Positions 1-12,998 of a DNA stretch of 64,000 nucleotides are shown one piece after another (the first letter of the stretch is position 1; each line of letters opens with the position of its first letter). This DNA is from Callorhinchus milii. Taxonomy: Eukaryota. Made by a program: the position numbers and the translations under genes. The stretch lies in NCBI RefSeq assembly GCF_018977255.1, contig NW_024704742.1:135720001-135784000 (forward strand). Direction: 5' to 3'. Under the pieces are notes generated by a model, which was not told the DNA's origin, made no database searches, and was given only the letters and a program-made list of their open reading frames with translations.

Positions 1-300
1 GACCGGCTGTGAAAAACTGTCGAATGTTGATTGGGGAACTGACCGAGAATAGAGATAATCATGACAGCAGCCCAACACAAACAGAGTGAGAGCTTGACAG
101 CAGTTTTGAAATCGGAGGAACAGGAGAGGAATGACCAGAATAAACATGCTATTAAAGTTAGTTACCAATACAATAATAATAGATGAGAATTTCGGGAACT
201 CAGTGCTGAAAGGATAAGCTCCCAGACAGATAGCAACTGCCAGCGGGTAAAACTAACAAAGGGAATTGGCAAGTTGGATAGTTGGCAACTCTTAATAACA
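1..300 (+). mobile_element. Degenerate CR1-like LINE fragment (ORF1 esterase region)
   Basis: Loose resemblance to the CR1 ORF1 region at 27600-28000; heavily decayed. Confidence 0.3.
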
Positions 301-354
301 ATCCTTGCATTTCATATTAGCTTATCACTCATCGAAAAGTCTCAAAGGGCTTAG

Positions 355-710
355 AATCATAGAATCTTACAGCACAGAAGGAGGCCATTCAGCACATCGC
401 GCTTGTGCCAGCTCTTTGAAAGAGCTACCAACTAGTCCCACTCCCTTACCCCATAACCCTGCGTGTTTTCCCTTTTTCAATATCTATCCAATTCCCTTTT
501 GAAAGCTACTATTGAATCATGCTCCCCCACCTTTTCAGCAGTGCAATGCAGATCATAACAACTCTCTGGGTAAAAAAAAATGTCTCCTCGTCTCCCCTCT
601 GGTTCTATTAATTCTATTAAATCTGTGTCCTTTGGTTACCGACCCATCTGCCAGTGGAAACGGTTTGTCCCTATCCGATCTACCAAAACCCCTCATAATT
701 TTGAACAGTG
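355..710 (-). mobile_element. CR1 LINE 3' end fragment
   Basis: AGAATCATAGAATCTTACAGCACAGAAGGAGGCCATTCAGC is the reverse complement of a CR1 3' tail; related to copies at 29317-30155 and 32340-32700. Confidence 0.75.
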
Positions 711-1434
711 GATGAACGTAGCAGGCAATTTAGGCACAGCAGTGTCCAACAAACAGCCAGTTTATAAAAGAGCTAAGTTTATATAAGAGATACCTGGGGA
801 GCAAGTGATTGTTATGGAGAAAATGTGGAAAAATGGGATTAAAAGATCTGCCGTGATCCAATAAACCTTAGAACAGACTCGATGGGTTGAATGAACTCCT
901 CCTGTTCCTATGATTAGCATTACCAAAGATTACGGTACAAGTTGCAGGAACAATTTAAATTCTTGTCTTGTGAAACATGAGANTTTTTTTAAACGTAATG
1001 AAGGAAATGGTACACACTGTAAAATGGTGACTAATCAAAGATAAACGTACATAATAATAAAGATATTGCTCCAAGTGATGTGTGTCAGGCTGGCTCAGGT
1101 CGTACGCACATTCACCTCTGGGTAATATCATCTGCAGCCACAGGGTAAATTTCCACATCATAATAATAATAATCCTTGGATTTGATATAGCGCCTTTCAC
1201 GTCTTCTAGACCTCTCAAAGTGCTTCACAGAATATGCTGTAAAGTGAATTGACTATATATTTGTGGGCGAAACACGGCAGCCAATTGCGCATAGCAGTGT
1301 CCCATAAACAGTTGTGGATTGAAAATGACCAATTTTTTTTTTGAGGGATTATTATTAGGCGTGTGGAGTAAGGAAATTTGCCAAAGGTTTCGCCCTGCCT
1401 GGAATTGAACCCAGGTGTCTTGCTGTGTCACGTA

Positions 1435-2372
1435 TGCGGATGACACATAAATCTACTTTGCCTCCTCCATTACCAACCTCAGGTCCGCCGATGCTCTATC
1501 AGCTTGTCTGGCCGACATCAGGGCCTTGATAAGTGTAAACTTCCTGCAGCTGAATGTGGACAAAATGGAATCCATACGCCTTCTTCCAACGTCTTCAATC
1601 CTGTGGATCTGAACTCCTCATCCTGCCTGGACTCTCTCTCACACTCACCGAACCAGTGCGCATCCTAGGCATCCGGTTCGACCCCCAGCTGTCCTTCCTC
1701 CCACATCAGGTCCCTGACCAGGACTGCTTTCTTACACCTCCGCCCCATTGCCCACCCCTGACCGTAACTTACCTCAAATACAGCCGAAACCCTCATGAGT
1801 TTGTCACCTCCCGCCTAGATTACTCCAACGCACTCCTTGCTGGTCTCCCCAACTCCACTATTCAAAAGATCCAGTTCATTCAGAACTTTGCCGCCCGCAT
1901 ACTGACCCGGACCAAACTCCATACTCACATCTCACCAGTTCTGGCCCAGGCTCCACTGGCTCCCCATCACCGAATGGATCGACTTCAAGATCCTCAGACT
2001 TGTGTTCAAATCCCTTCTCTCCCCGGCACCTCCCTACCTCTCCGACCTCCTCATTCCCCAATCCACCACCCGGCGCCTCCCTCGACTGGCACTGGGCTTC
2101 TGCTCGTCCCTCACACGCTCCGCTCCACCATCGGAGGTCGGGCTTTCAGCCACTACGCCCCCAAAATCTGGAAAACTCTCCCTCAATCCCTCCTCCTTGC
2201 ATCCCCCCCTCTCTCTCCTTTTTCAAGTCCCGCCTGAAAACCTTGCTCTTCGACCGGGCTTATGGCCACCACCCCGCCCACTTCAGCTCGGAGTCAGTCT
2301 CTGCCACTGTTAAGCGCTCTGAGACACAGCCCTGCGTGAAAGGCGCTATATAAGTTCAAGTTGTTGCTGCTG
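1435..2372 (+). mobile_element. L2 LINE 3' fragment (RT C-terminus and tail)
   Basis: Frameshifted FVTSRLDYSNALLAGLP...IQNFAARILTRT and IGGRAFSHYAPKIW, ending in GTGAAAGGCGCTATATAAG(TTG)n. Confidence 0.9.
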
Positions 2373-3104
2373 TCACCTCTGAGTCAGAAGGTTGTGGATA
2401 GCGCACGTCTGCAACAACAAGAACAATAACAATTTGTATCAATGTTGGGAGGACATCTCAAAGCCCTTCACGGGATTCACTGTAAAGTGTAGTGACTGTG
2501 TATTTTGTAGGCAAACGTGGCAACTACCTTGCACACAGCAATGTCCGACACACAGCCATGAACTGAATAAACAATCTTATCTGGGGAATTGTTGGTCAGG
2601 ACACCAGGAAAAATTCCCTTCGTGTTTTGAATAGTGTAGCGGGATCTTTAACAGGCAGACGGGACCTTGGTTTAATGTCTCATTTGAAGGACAGCGCCTC
2701 CAACAATGCAGCAAACCCCTATTACTGCATTGGAATGTCATCTTAGACAATACGAGTTTCGATTCCCTAGAGTGTTACCAACTGAGTTGCTGACACACTT
2801 TCAATAAGGTTTCCGGGGAGGGTGAAACCTTCATCAAGTTTCCTTGCTCTAGAAGCCACTGTTTACCGAGCAGTAATTAGGAATCCGGTTGATAGTCGAT
2901 TGGTGGATCCCTTTACGGGGGTAATGTTACCTCAAAAAAGCATTGTCACTCAATCCCTGAATTTTTGTGCGCCCCTACTGTATGAAATTCGCTGTCGCGT
3001 TTTTCCCATAAAATACACAATTAATACACTTCACCGTATATTCCGTGAAGCACTTTGCAACGATGCAAAGCACTCAATGATGCGATAGGCCACTATATCA
3101 AATG

Positions 3105-5650
3105 CAGACAACAACAACACAACAACAACAAGATTACATTTGTATAGTGCCTCTCACGTCGGGAAGACGTCCCAAGGCGCTGGACAGAGTACAGCATTTC
3201 AGACCCGAGCTGGGGTCAGGGAGGGAGAAGGGAGGGAAGGGGAAGGGGGGTGGCCAATGGCACAGTCGAAGAGGAGGGTCTTGAGGTTGGACTTGGAGGA
3301 GGTTAAGGAGGGGACGAGGCAGAGTGACTGGGGGATGAAATTCCAGAGGTTGGGTGCAGAGTGGCTGAAGGCTCTCCCGCCAGTGGTGGGGCGGGTGGGT
3401 CATTGGACGTGGAGCAGGCCATAGCCAGCTGAGCGGAGGGAATGGGCACGTTGGTAGGGGGCATAGGAGGTCACAGAGGTAGGGTGGGGCGAGGCCATGG
3501 AGGGCTTTGTAGGTGAGGACCAGGATCTTGAACTGGATCTTCTGAAGGATAGGGAGCCAGTGGGGTCAGGTGAGAATGGGGGAGATGGGTCACAGAGTTT
3601 GGTGGAGGAGAGGGCACAGGCTGCAGAGTTCGGATTATCAACTTCCATATGTGCCCTGAGGGGTGAGGTAGTGGCGGAGTCGGGCGATGTTACGGAGGTG
3701 AGGGAAGGCAGAGAGGGTCATGGCTTGAATGTGGGGCGAAAAGACAGTTGAGGGTCGAACAAAGCACCCAGGTTCCTGACTGGCTGGTGAGTTGAAGTGT
3801 GCAACCATGGAGGTTGACGCTGCCAGAGACTGAGGTGCTGAGGCGCTGGCGCGAGGCAATCAGGAGGGCCTCAGTCTTGTTCACATTCAGCTGTAGGAAG
3901 TTTGCCCTCATCCAGGACTTGATGTCCGACAGACAGTCTGTCAGGACAGCAGTGGTCCTGGAGTTGAGGGTGGAGGCAGAAAGTAGAGTTGGGTGTCATC
4001 CGCATACATATGGAAGTTGACCCCATGTCTGTGGATGATGTCATCAAGGGGGAGCATGTAGATATTAAAGAGAAGAGGGCCAGGGCAGACCCCTGGGGGA
4101 CCCCAGACGTGACAGTGCGGGGTCTAGAGGAGAAATCGTTAGAGGCAACAAAGTGGAGATGGTGAGAGAGATAGGAATCGAATCAGGCAAGGGCAAGTCC
4201 GCGAAGATTAAGTAAAGCGGAGAGGCGTTGTATGAGGATGGAGTGGTAGACAGTGTCGAAGGTGGCAGAGAGCTCGAGGAGGACAAGGAGGCAGAGGGAG
4301 CCCTGATCACAGATGTTCAGAATGTCATTAGTGACTTTGACCAGGGCTGTTTCCGTGCTGTGGGCAGCGCGGAAGCCGGATTAAAGGGCTTCAAAGAGGG
4401 AATGGCGAGAAAGAAAGGAGCGGAGCTGAGATGCGACAACTCATTCCAGGACCTTGGAGAGGAATGGGAGGTTAGCGATGGGCGGTAGCTGGAGAGGAGG
4501 GATGGATCCAGGGAAGGTTTTTTCAAGATGGGGGTGATGACGGCTGTTTTTAGGAGAGTGGGAACGAACTGGTGGACATAAGAGGTTGATGACATCGGAC
4601 AGGAGAGGGGCCAGAAGGTGGAGCTGGGAGATGAGGAGAGAGGTGGGGATGGGATCGAAGTGGCTGAACATATCCCCTCGATTTTGGATTCGAGAAAGAC
4701 CAGCATCTCCTCACAGTTGTAGTTTGAGGAGAGGATGTGCGAGGCATGGGAAGGTGGATGGAGGAGACGCTTTGTGGTGGAAAAGAGAAGCCTTGGGTTG
4801 TCCTTTGCCTCCAAGATAACCTTTCAGTAGAAGGAGGATTTGGCAGAGGCAAGGGGCAATGGTAGGTCTTGGTGTGGTGAAATCAAATCTGCCGATGGAC
4901 CATTAGTTTGGATTTGGTCCAGGCACGTTCGGCAGCTCGCACTTGTGCTTTGAGGGAATGGCGATGGCTGGTGTATCAAGGGGATTTGCGGGAGTATGAT
5001 GCAGTTCAGGAGGTGAGGGGGGCAAGGGAGTCCAGAATGGAGGAGAGGGAGTTGTGGAGAAAGGAGAGGGAGGGAAATTGGTCAGTGAGTGCCAGAGGTA
5101 TAGGAGTTCAGATGACTCCAGGGCAGTGGAAAGAGAGAGGTAGAAATTTTTTATCCATGGACGGTATGTGATAGTTGGGAAAGGAGAAGGGGTACTGAGG
5201 TTTGAAAGAGATGAAGTGGTGGTCTGAGATGGTGAGACCCCGGGTGATCACCAGGTCAAGGGGGTTGCCACGGTCGTGGGTGGGGGAGTGGATGAGGAGG
5301 GAGAGGTTAAGGGAAGAGAGGAGGAAGGAGAAGTCGGCAGAGGTAGAGCAGGAGGGGATGAAGTGGAGGTTGAAGTCGCCTAAGATTAGGAGGCGTTCAG
5401 AGCAGAGGGAGAGGGAAGATTGGAGGGTGGAGATATCCGAGAGGAAGGTGGGGGAAGGCTAGGAGGGACGGTAAAACAAGGAGGATTTTGAGGGAAAGCC
5501 TGGAGGGGTGGTAGAAGGTAAGGTGTTCAAAGAAGGGGAAGGTTCTGGAGGAATAAGGGGAAAGGCCGAGAGGGGAACCGGGAGATGAGAGCCACACCAC
5601 CGCCACGGCGATTAGGCCATGGAGTTTGGTGAAAGGTGTAACCTGAAGGC
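3105..5650 (-). mobile_element. Long decayed L2 LINE (endonuclease to RT to 3' tail)
   Basis: Minus-strand pieces LKTAVITPILKKPSLDP, PIANLPFLSKVLE, WMRANFLQLNVNKTEALL; (CAA)n tail at about 3108-3130. Confidence 0.9.
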
Positions 5651-5662
5651 AGGCATTATTAT

Positions 5663-6090
5663 TACAACAACAACAAAATTACACTTGTAAAGCGCCTTTC
5701 ACGTCGGGAGGACATCCCAAGGCGCTAGAAAGACAGAGTTACGGACCCGAGCTGGAGGTCAGGGTGGGGTAGGGGGGTGAGCAGGGGGGGAAGCAGGGAT
5801 CAACAGCACGGTCGAAGAGGTAGGTCTTGAGATGGATCTTGAAGGTGGCAAGGGAGGGAGCGAGGTGGATGAACTGAGGGATGGAGTTACAAAGGGTGGG
5901 GGCAGAGTGGCAGAAGGCCTGCCCGCCAATAGTGGGGTGAGCGAGGAAGGGACGTGAAGCATGCCGGAGCCCGCTGAGCGGAGGGAGCGAACAGGGTGGT
6001 AGGGGGTTAGGAGGTCAGAGAGATAGGGGGGAGAGCAAGACTGTGGAGGGCTTTGAAGGTGTGAGGACCAGGATCTTGAACTGTACCCTC
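5663..6090 (-). mobile_element. L2 LINE 3' fragment
   Basis: PPYLSDLLTPYHPVRSLRSAGSG and the standard L2 tail with (CAA)n. Confidence 0.85.
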
Positions 6091-6599
6091 TGTGTGAGTT
6101 ATTAAAGTAACTAGGACCTGTCACACGATCTTGCAGTCTAATCCCAGAGCTGAGCGAGATTCCAGTGGAATTTCTTTAACTAAGAAATTCTGTAAAGATA
6201 TGCAGTAAGTTAGACTTTATTAGAAGTTACAAACAATGGACAGTAAAGCTTCTGAGCTGCCAGACTTCTCCCAATCCATGAATGGCAGAGTCTCAAAGGG
6301 TACGGTTCCTGGCAAACAAGTAAATCAATAATATTGTAATTTTTTAAGGGGTTCAATCACAGAATATCCAAAACAAAATTGGCTCATCAAAGCTAACACT
6401 GTTGCCAACTCCAGTTCCAACACAGGGCTAAATGCAAAGTGTTAATGTTATTATTGCTCATCAACCCAGTTTAGTCAGTAGCAATATGGGCATCTGAGTC
6501 AGAAGGCTGTGGGTTGAACCTCCACGTCAGGACTTTGAGTTCACAATATTGTTCTTGTTGTTGCAGATGTGTACTATCTACAACTTTCTGACTCAGAAG

Positions 6600-7500
6600 G
6601 TGACAGAATGTCTGTCAGACATCAAGTCCTGGATGAGAGCGAACTTTCTACAGTGGAACATCAACAAGACCGAGGCTCTCCTGGTTGTCTCCCGTCAGCG
6701 CCACCACACCTCAGGCGCTGACAGCATCACCATCCATGGTTGCACCCTCCACCCCACGAAGCCATTCCGGAAACTTGGGGTCTTGTTTGACCCTCAACTA
6801 TCCTTTCTACTCCACATCTGTGGCATGACCCGCTCTGCCTTTCCCCACCTCCGCAACGTCGCCCGGCTCCAACACTGTCTCACTCCAAAACCCTCATACA
6901 CGCATTCATTACATCGATGCTCGACTACCCAAACTCACTGCTTGTCGGCCTCCGCAACTCCTCCCGCGACAGGCTGCAGATCATCCAGAACTCTGCAGCC
7001 CGTGTCCTCTCCCGCACCAGGCTCCGTGACCTTATCACCCCCATCCTCGCCCGAATCCACTGGCTTCCCATCACACAGAGGATACAGTTCAAGATCCTGG
7101 TCCTCACCTTCAAAGCCCTCCATGGCCTTGCTCCCCCCTACCTCTGCAACCTCATAATCCCCTACCAAGCCACCCGCTTACTCCGCTCAGTGGGCTCCGG
7201 CCTGCTTCACGTCCCCTGCCTCAACACCCCCCACCACTACCATTGGCGGGGGTCCTTCTACCACTATGCCCCCACCCTCTGGAACTCCATCCCACAGTCC
7301 CTCCGCCTTGCCCCCTGCCCTGCCTCCTTCAACACCCGTCTCAAGAATCCTTCTCTTCCATCGTGCCTTTGGGCACCCTCCTTTCCACCCCCCACGATCC
7401 CAACCCTCAGCTTGGGTCCAAAACACTTATTGTCCAGTATCTTGAGACGTCCTCCCAGTGTGAAAGGCGCTGCACAAATATAATTTTGTTGTTGTTGTTG
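6600..7500 (+). mobile_element. L2 LINE 3' fragment
   Basis: [15 protein letters not shown]..., LDYPNSLLVGL...[30 protein letters not shown]; ends in (TTG)n. Confidence 0.9.
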
Positions 7501-9242
7501 CCTGTTCAGGTGGAAGTTAAAGATCCAATAGCATTATGAAGAGGACCACTTTCAGTCATCTTTGCCCCCACCACCCCACACCTGCTCTGGTGCATAGGGC
7601 CAACAGTGTCTTTAATGAGTCCTAACATAAAAAGTGCTGTATATAAATTGGCTACAAAACACACACTTTACGGTATAAAATAATATATCATATTATATAG
7701 TTTTTTTGCATTGCATCCTGTGTCCACACATTCTGCCATAAGCAAAAAGTTAAGGTTTCCTGATTAACAGAAATTAACTGACATTGTCTCTGTGGTTGGG
7801 AGAAAATATTTAAGGAATTTCATAAAATCCTCATAAGATGTTCTGAGAAATAGTTCCTGATTTAAAGTTTTTTGTGGTTTTGAGGAAGGGACGGAGGAGA
7901 GAAGGGAGGGGAGGAAGACCCATTATTCTGTAAATATTGCAACAACAACTTGCATTCATATAGCGCACTTCACAAGAGGTAGAGTCCCAAACCGCTGAAT
8001 ATTAATTGCATTTGATAGTGCCTTTCATATGGCTGCCATTCCCAGACTCGGGCTGTTTCAGAACTGGTTAGTGTAATGGGGCGACAATAGATGTACTGTA
8101 ATTGGGACAGGAATGTGGAGTGGGATTGGGGAAAGGAATCGGGACAAGGGATGGGGAGAATGTGAGATGCATTGTCGGAAGTACCGTCCTTCGGGATGAG
8201 ATGTTAAATGGGGGTCCCATCTGCTTCTTCAGGTGGATGTTAAAGATCCCAAAGCGCTATTGGAAAGAAAAGAAAGAAAAGAGAAGTAAGTTTCTCTCGG
8301 TGCCCTGCCTGACAATCCTCCAATATAAATGGTTGTTCACTTTGTGGCTGTTTGTGGGACATTGCTGTGCACAAATTAACTGGCATGTACACCCACAAAA
8401 TACACAGTCACTACGCATTGTGGAGACCTGTAGCTCAGTGGTTAGAGGGTTCGCCTCGCAAACGAGAGGCCTGGGCAGCAGGGCAAAACCTTGGGCAAGT
8501 TTGCTTACTCCACACGCCTGCTAATGATCCATCAAGAAAAAAAAGCAATGATAAATCGGTCACTTGAATCCAGGACTGTTTGTGGGACACTGCTGTGCGC
8601 AATTGGCTTCCGCGTTTCGCCCACAAATATACAGTCAATTCACTTTAAAGTATATTTTGTGAAGCGCATTGAGACGTCTTGCAGACGTGAAAAGCACTAT
8701 ATCAAAATGCAAGGATTATTATTATGTTATTTATTTCATTACAGTCAATCCTAAAGTGTTTTGAGAGGTTTTGATAAAGTATTGAGGCTGGCTCCACATC
8801 AAATGCAAAGACCATTATTATTATTGTTGCTATCTTTATTTTTGTTTTTATTATTGTTATTATTATTAGAACGTGATTGCAATTTAGATCACTCCTGAGA
8901 GGCAGTTTCTCAGTTGTTTTCAGTGATGATCAGCCTGACTAATAATAATGACAGTTGAATGCATGTTACTTTTCTTAGTCTTTTGAACTTCCTAAAATAA
9001 CTATTTACTGCAGGTGGTGGACATTTTGAGTGCTGGTTATCTCGTTAAACCTTTTCTGAATTGTCTTATTAACAGTCCCAGTTGCACCAATAATTCATAG
9101 CATCGTGGTTTTGCAATGCCACATACATCCGCATTCGTTAGTCAATATATTTCCTGATCTCTAGTTCCTTATTTTGTATATCGTTGGCACTTGGAATGAA
9201 ACCAGCGATATAATCTAATGCTTTTTTTATGATGATATCTGC

Positions 9243-9426
9243 CTCTTTGACCATGCCTTCAGCTCCCCTCTCGACTCTCTACCCCCTCCTCGCTCCCTCC
9301 CTTCCCTCCCCTTACCCTGACCATTTCCCCCCAATGCTCGGGTCCTGACCCAACTGTACAGCGCCTTGGGACGTCCTCCCGACGTGAAAGGCGCTCTTTA
9401 AATGGAATCGTGTTGTTGTTGTTGTT
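9243..9426 (+). mobile_element. Short 5'-truncated young L2 3' tail
   Basis: Near-identical to 20003-20232, 21150-21325 and 39890-40080. Confidence 0.85.
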
Positions 9427-9579
9427 AGTACAGATTACTGTTCTATCTGTATATACTTGTGACTCCCAAATTATTGCGACGATACCTTTTGATGTCACTT
9501 TTGCCGATTGATGTTCATACCAGTTGGCTTTTAAATCAATCTTTGTAAGTGTTTACAAATTGCCCAGTGCATATATTTA

Positions 9580-9895
9580 GAAACATAGAAACAGGAGTAG
9601 GCTATTCAACCCTTCCAACCTGTTCTGCCATTCTATAAGATCTTGGCTGATCTGTAACTCAAGTCCAATTACCCACCCATGCCCTCTTACCTTGACCTAA
9701 CAAATATCTATCTACCTGGGTCTTGAAGATGTGAATGGATCCGGCATTTACAGCCTTTTGTGGGAGAGTTCCAGATATCCACTACCCTTCAAGGTGAAAA
9801 AATACCTCCTAATTTCACTCCTAAATGGCCTACCTCTAATTTTAACATTATGCCCCCTTGTTCTGGATTCCCCCACCAGAGGAAATAGTTTTTCT
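9580..9895 (-). mobile_element. CR1 LINE 3' end fragment
   Basis: AGAAACATAGAAACAGGAGTAGGCTATTC tail; similar to the 3' end of the 24505-29050 CR1. Confidence 0.8.
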
Positions 9896-11479
9896 AAATA
9901 CTTAGTGCTAAGAAAACAGGCTTGAAGTAAGGAAACTTGCCTAAGCTTTTGCCCTGCCCAGAAATCAAACTCAGATCATCTCGCTTTCGAGACAAGCGCA
10001 CCAACCACAGGACACCACGACTCCATCATAATAATATAATAATAATAATCCTTGCATTCGATACAAAGCTTTTCAGGTCTTCGAGACATCTCAAAGCGCT
10101 TTACAGAATATATTGTAAAGTGAATTGACTGTATATTTTGAGGGCAAAACACGGCAGCCAGTTGTGCATAGCAGTGTCCCACAAATGGTCGTGGATTGAG
10201 GACCAAATTATTATTTTTTATAAAAAATTATTTTTGAAGGGGTTATTATCCACAGAAAAGTGATCTGCCAATCGACTAACAACCGGGTTCCTACTTACTG
10301 TTAGGTAAACAGAGGCGTGTGGAGTAAGGAAACTTGCCCAACATTTCACCCTGCCTGGGCCATTCGCTTGCGAGGTGAGTGCTGAGCTTTAGGATTCCAC
10401 AATATGATATGAAGATTGATACCAACGGAGCCTTTCAGAGTGTGCACACTCCTAAACTCACTCTTGCTTTTGAAACTGGGTTTTCTGCTGATTCTTTCAT
10501 AAGAACATAAGAACATAACAATTTGCTAGACGAAAGAAGACCATGATCCATCTGGTTCACCTTCCACCATCCTGGCGGTCGCTTGCCGTGCCGTGTCCTA
10601 AACTATACACTACACATTGCATCCCGAGATATAATTTTCGAGCAGAAATTCATGTAATTTGTTCTTGAAACGAACAACGTTTTCTGTTCCATAAGTTTAT
10701 TGAATTTCGAGACTGAATTTAAGATGTGTGCATTCTCTGAAACGCTGGGAGTAAAAAATAACAGCGCAAGTCAACAACATATTCACAAAGTCCTGTTATC
10801 CCCCACCCTGTGTTTTTTCTTATAATTAGTGGAGTCCAACAACATCTGATACCAGTAACTTCCTCCTCACTGACTCTGTGTTACAGAAGATGTGGCGTGG
10901 AACATGGCGATGGATCATTATCTGCCATGAAAATGTTGGCGCTCACACACTCACTCACACACACACACACCGATCCTATAGACATCTAAATATATTTAAA
11001 CACTTCTAAATTACAATTGTCATCATTCTTCCACTTGTATCAGTTGTTGGTCAGAAAAAAAACAAGCGGCTTAACAGAACTTTGTGAACCTTTGTAGAAA
11101 CAGGTCAGACTCTCAATTCTCAGCTATTAATTAGTGGAGTCCTGTAGTGTATTGGTTAACGCATTCGCCTCGCAAGCGAGAGGACCTGGGTTCGATTTCC
11201 GGACAGAGCGAAACTTTAGGCAAATTTCCTTACTCCACACGTCTCTGTTTACCTAAGTAGGAACTGGGCTGTTAGTCGATTGGCGGATCGCCTTTCCGGG
11301 GGTAATACTCCCTTCAAAAATAGACTTAAAAAAATAACAATTTAGTAAACTCAATCAACGACTGTTTGTGGGGCACCGATGTGCGTAATTGACTGCCATG
11401 TTTCTCCCACAAAGTATACAGTCAATTCCACTTTACAATATATTCTGTGAAGCATCTTGACAACATGATAAAGCGATAT

Positions 11480-12030
11480 ATCCCTTCATCCATGCATTTG
11501 GCACTTCCTGGCTTGACTTCTCAAATGCCCTCTCTGCTGGTCTCCCCAGCTCCACCATGCACAGAATCCAACTGATCCAAAATTCCACCGCCCACATACT
11601 CAACTGTACTAAACTCCGCACCGCCGTCTCACCAGTTCTTGTCAGGCTCCACTGACTCCCTTTCGCCGAACGGATCGATCTCATGACCCTCTCAAACTCG
11701 TCTTCGAATCCCTACATGACCTGGCACCTCCCTACCTCTGCGACATGCTTGCCCCCCAACCCACTACCCACTGGCTCCACTCAACTGGCTCCGGCCTTTT
11801 GCACATCCCTCATGCCCTCCGTCCTACCATTGTTGGCTGCAGTTTCAGCCGCCACGTCCCAAAACTCTGGAGCACTCTTCCTCTATCCCTCCACCTTGAT
11901 CCTTCTTTACACATCTTCAAGTCGCGCCTGAAGACCTTCCTGTTCGACCTTACCTACGGTCACCTGCCCTCCCCCCCGGCTTGGCATCGTGCTCCGCCAC
12001 TGTCAAGCATTCTGGAGCACTACCCTGCAT
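11480..12030 (+). mobile_element. Old L2 LINE 3' fragment
   Basis: Decayed match to L2 RT C-terminus (FKSRLKTFLFD). Confidence 0.75.
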
Positions 12031-12332
12031 GAGGATTGCAAGGATTAATATTATATGGAGTCCTGTAGCTCAGTGGTTATGGAGCACTCGCCTCGCAAGC
12101 AAGAGACCTGGGTTATATTCCTGGCAGGGCAAAATCTTGGACAAGTTTCCTCACTCCACACGCCTCTGTTTACCTGGCAGTAAGTAGGAACCCGGTTGTT
12201 AGTCGATTGGCGGATCTCTTTTCTGGGGATAATAATCCCTCAAAAATTTTTTTTTAATTTATCACTCAATCCACAGCTGTTTGTGGGACACTGCTGTGCA
12301 CAATTGGCTGCCGTGTTTCGCCCACAAACTAC

Positions 12333-12998
12333 ACCAGACCATAATAACAATAATTATCCTTGCATTTGATACAGCACCTAATCACATCATTGAGATATCT
12401 TAAAGCACTTCATAGAATATGCTGGAAAGTGGAGTGACTGTGTATATTTTGTGGGCAAAACGCGGCAGCCAATTGTGCACAGCAGTGTCCTGGAAACAGT
12501 CGTGCAGTGAGCAACTACAATTTTTTTTGGAGGAATTGTTACCGCTGGAGGGGTGTGGAATTAGGAAACTTGCTTAAGGTTTGCCCTGTCTGGGAATTGA
12601 ACCCGGGTCCTCTCGCTTGCGAGGCGAGCGTGCTAACCACTATCCTGGAGTCCTGTAGCTCAGTGGTTAGAGCACTCGCCTAAAGAGCGAGAGACGTGGG
12701 TTTGATTCTCAGCAGAGCGAAATGTTGGGCAAGTTTCCTTACTTCTCATGCCTCTGCTTACCTAGCAGTAAGTAGGAATCCGGTTGTTAGTCAATTGGCG
12801 GATCGTAGTTCCGGGGAATATAATCCCTCAAAAAAAAACAATGATAAATTGGTCACTTCAATCCACGTCTGCTTGTGGGACGCTGCTGTGCGCAATTGGC
12901 TGCCGTGCTTCGCCCACAAATACACAGTCAATTCACTTTCCAGTATATTCTGTGAAGCGCTTTGAGACGTCTCGAAGGCGCAATGATGCTTTATATCA
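12333..12998. mobile_element. Head-to-head tRNA-SINE dimer (copy A)
   Basis: Minus-strand SINE 12340-12645 joined directly to plus-strand SINE 12647-12998; the same composite occurs inverted at 31275-31944. Confidence 0.85.
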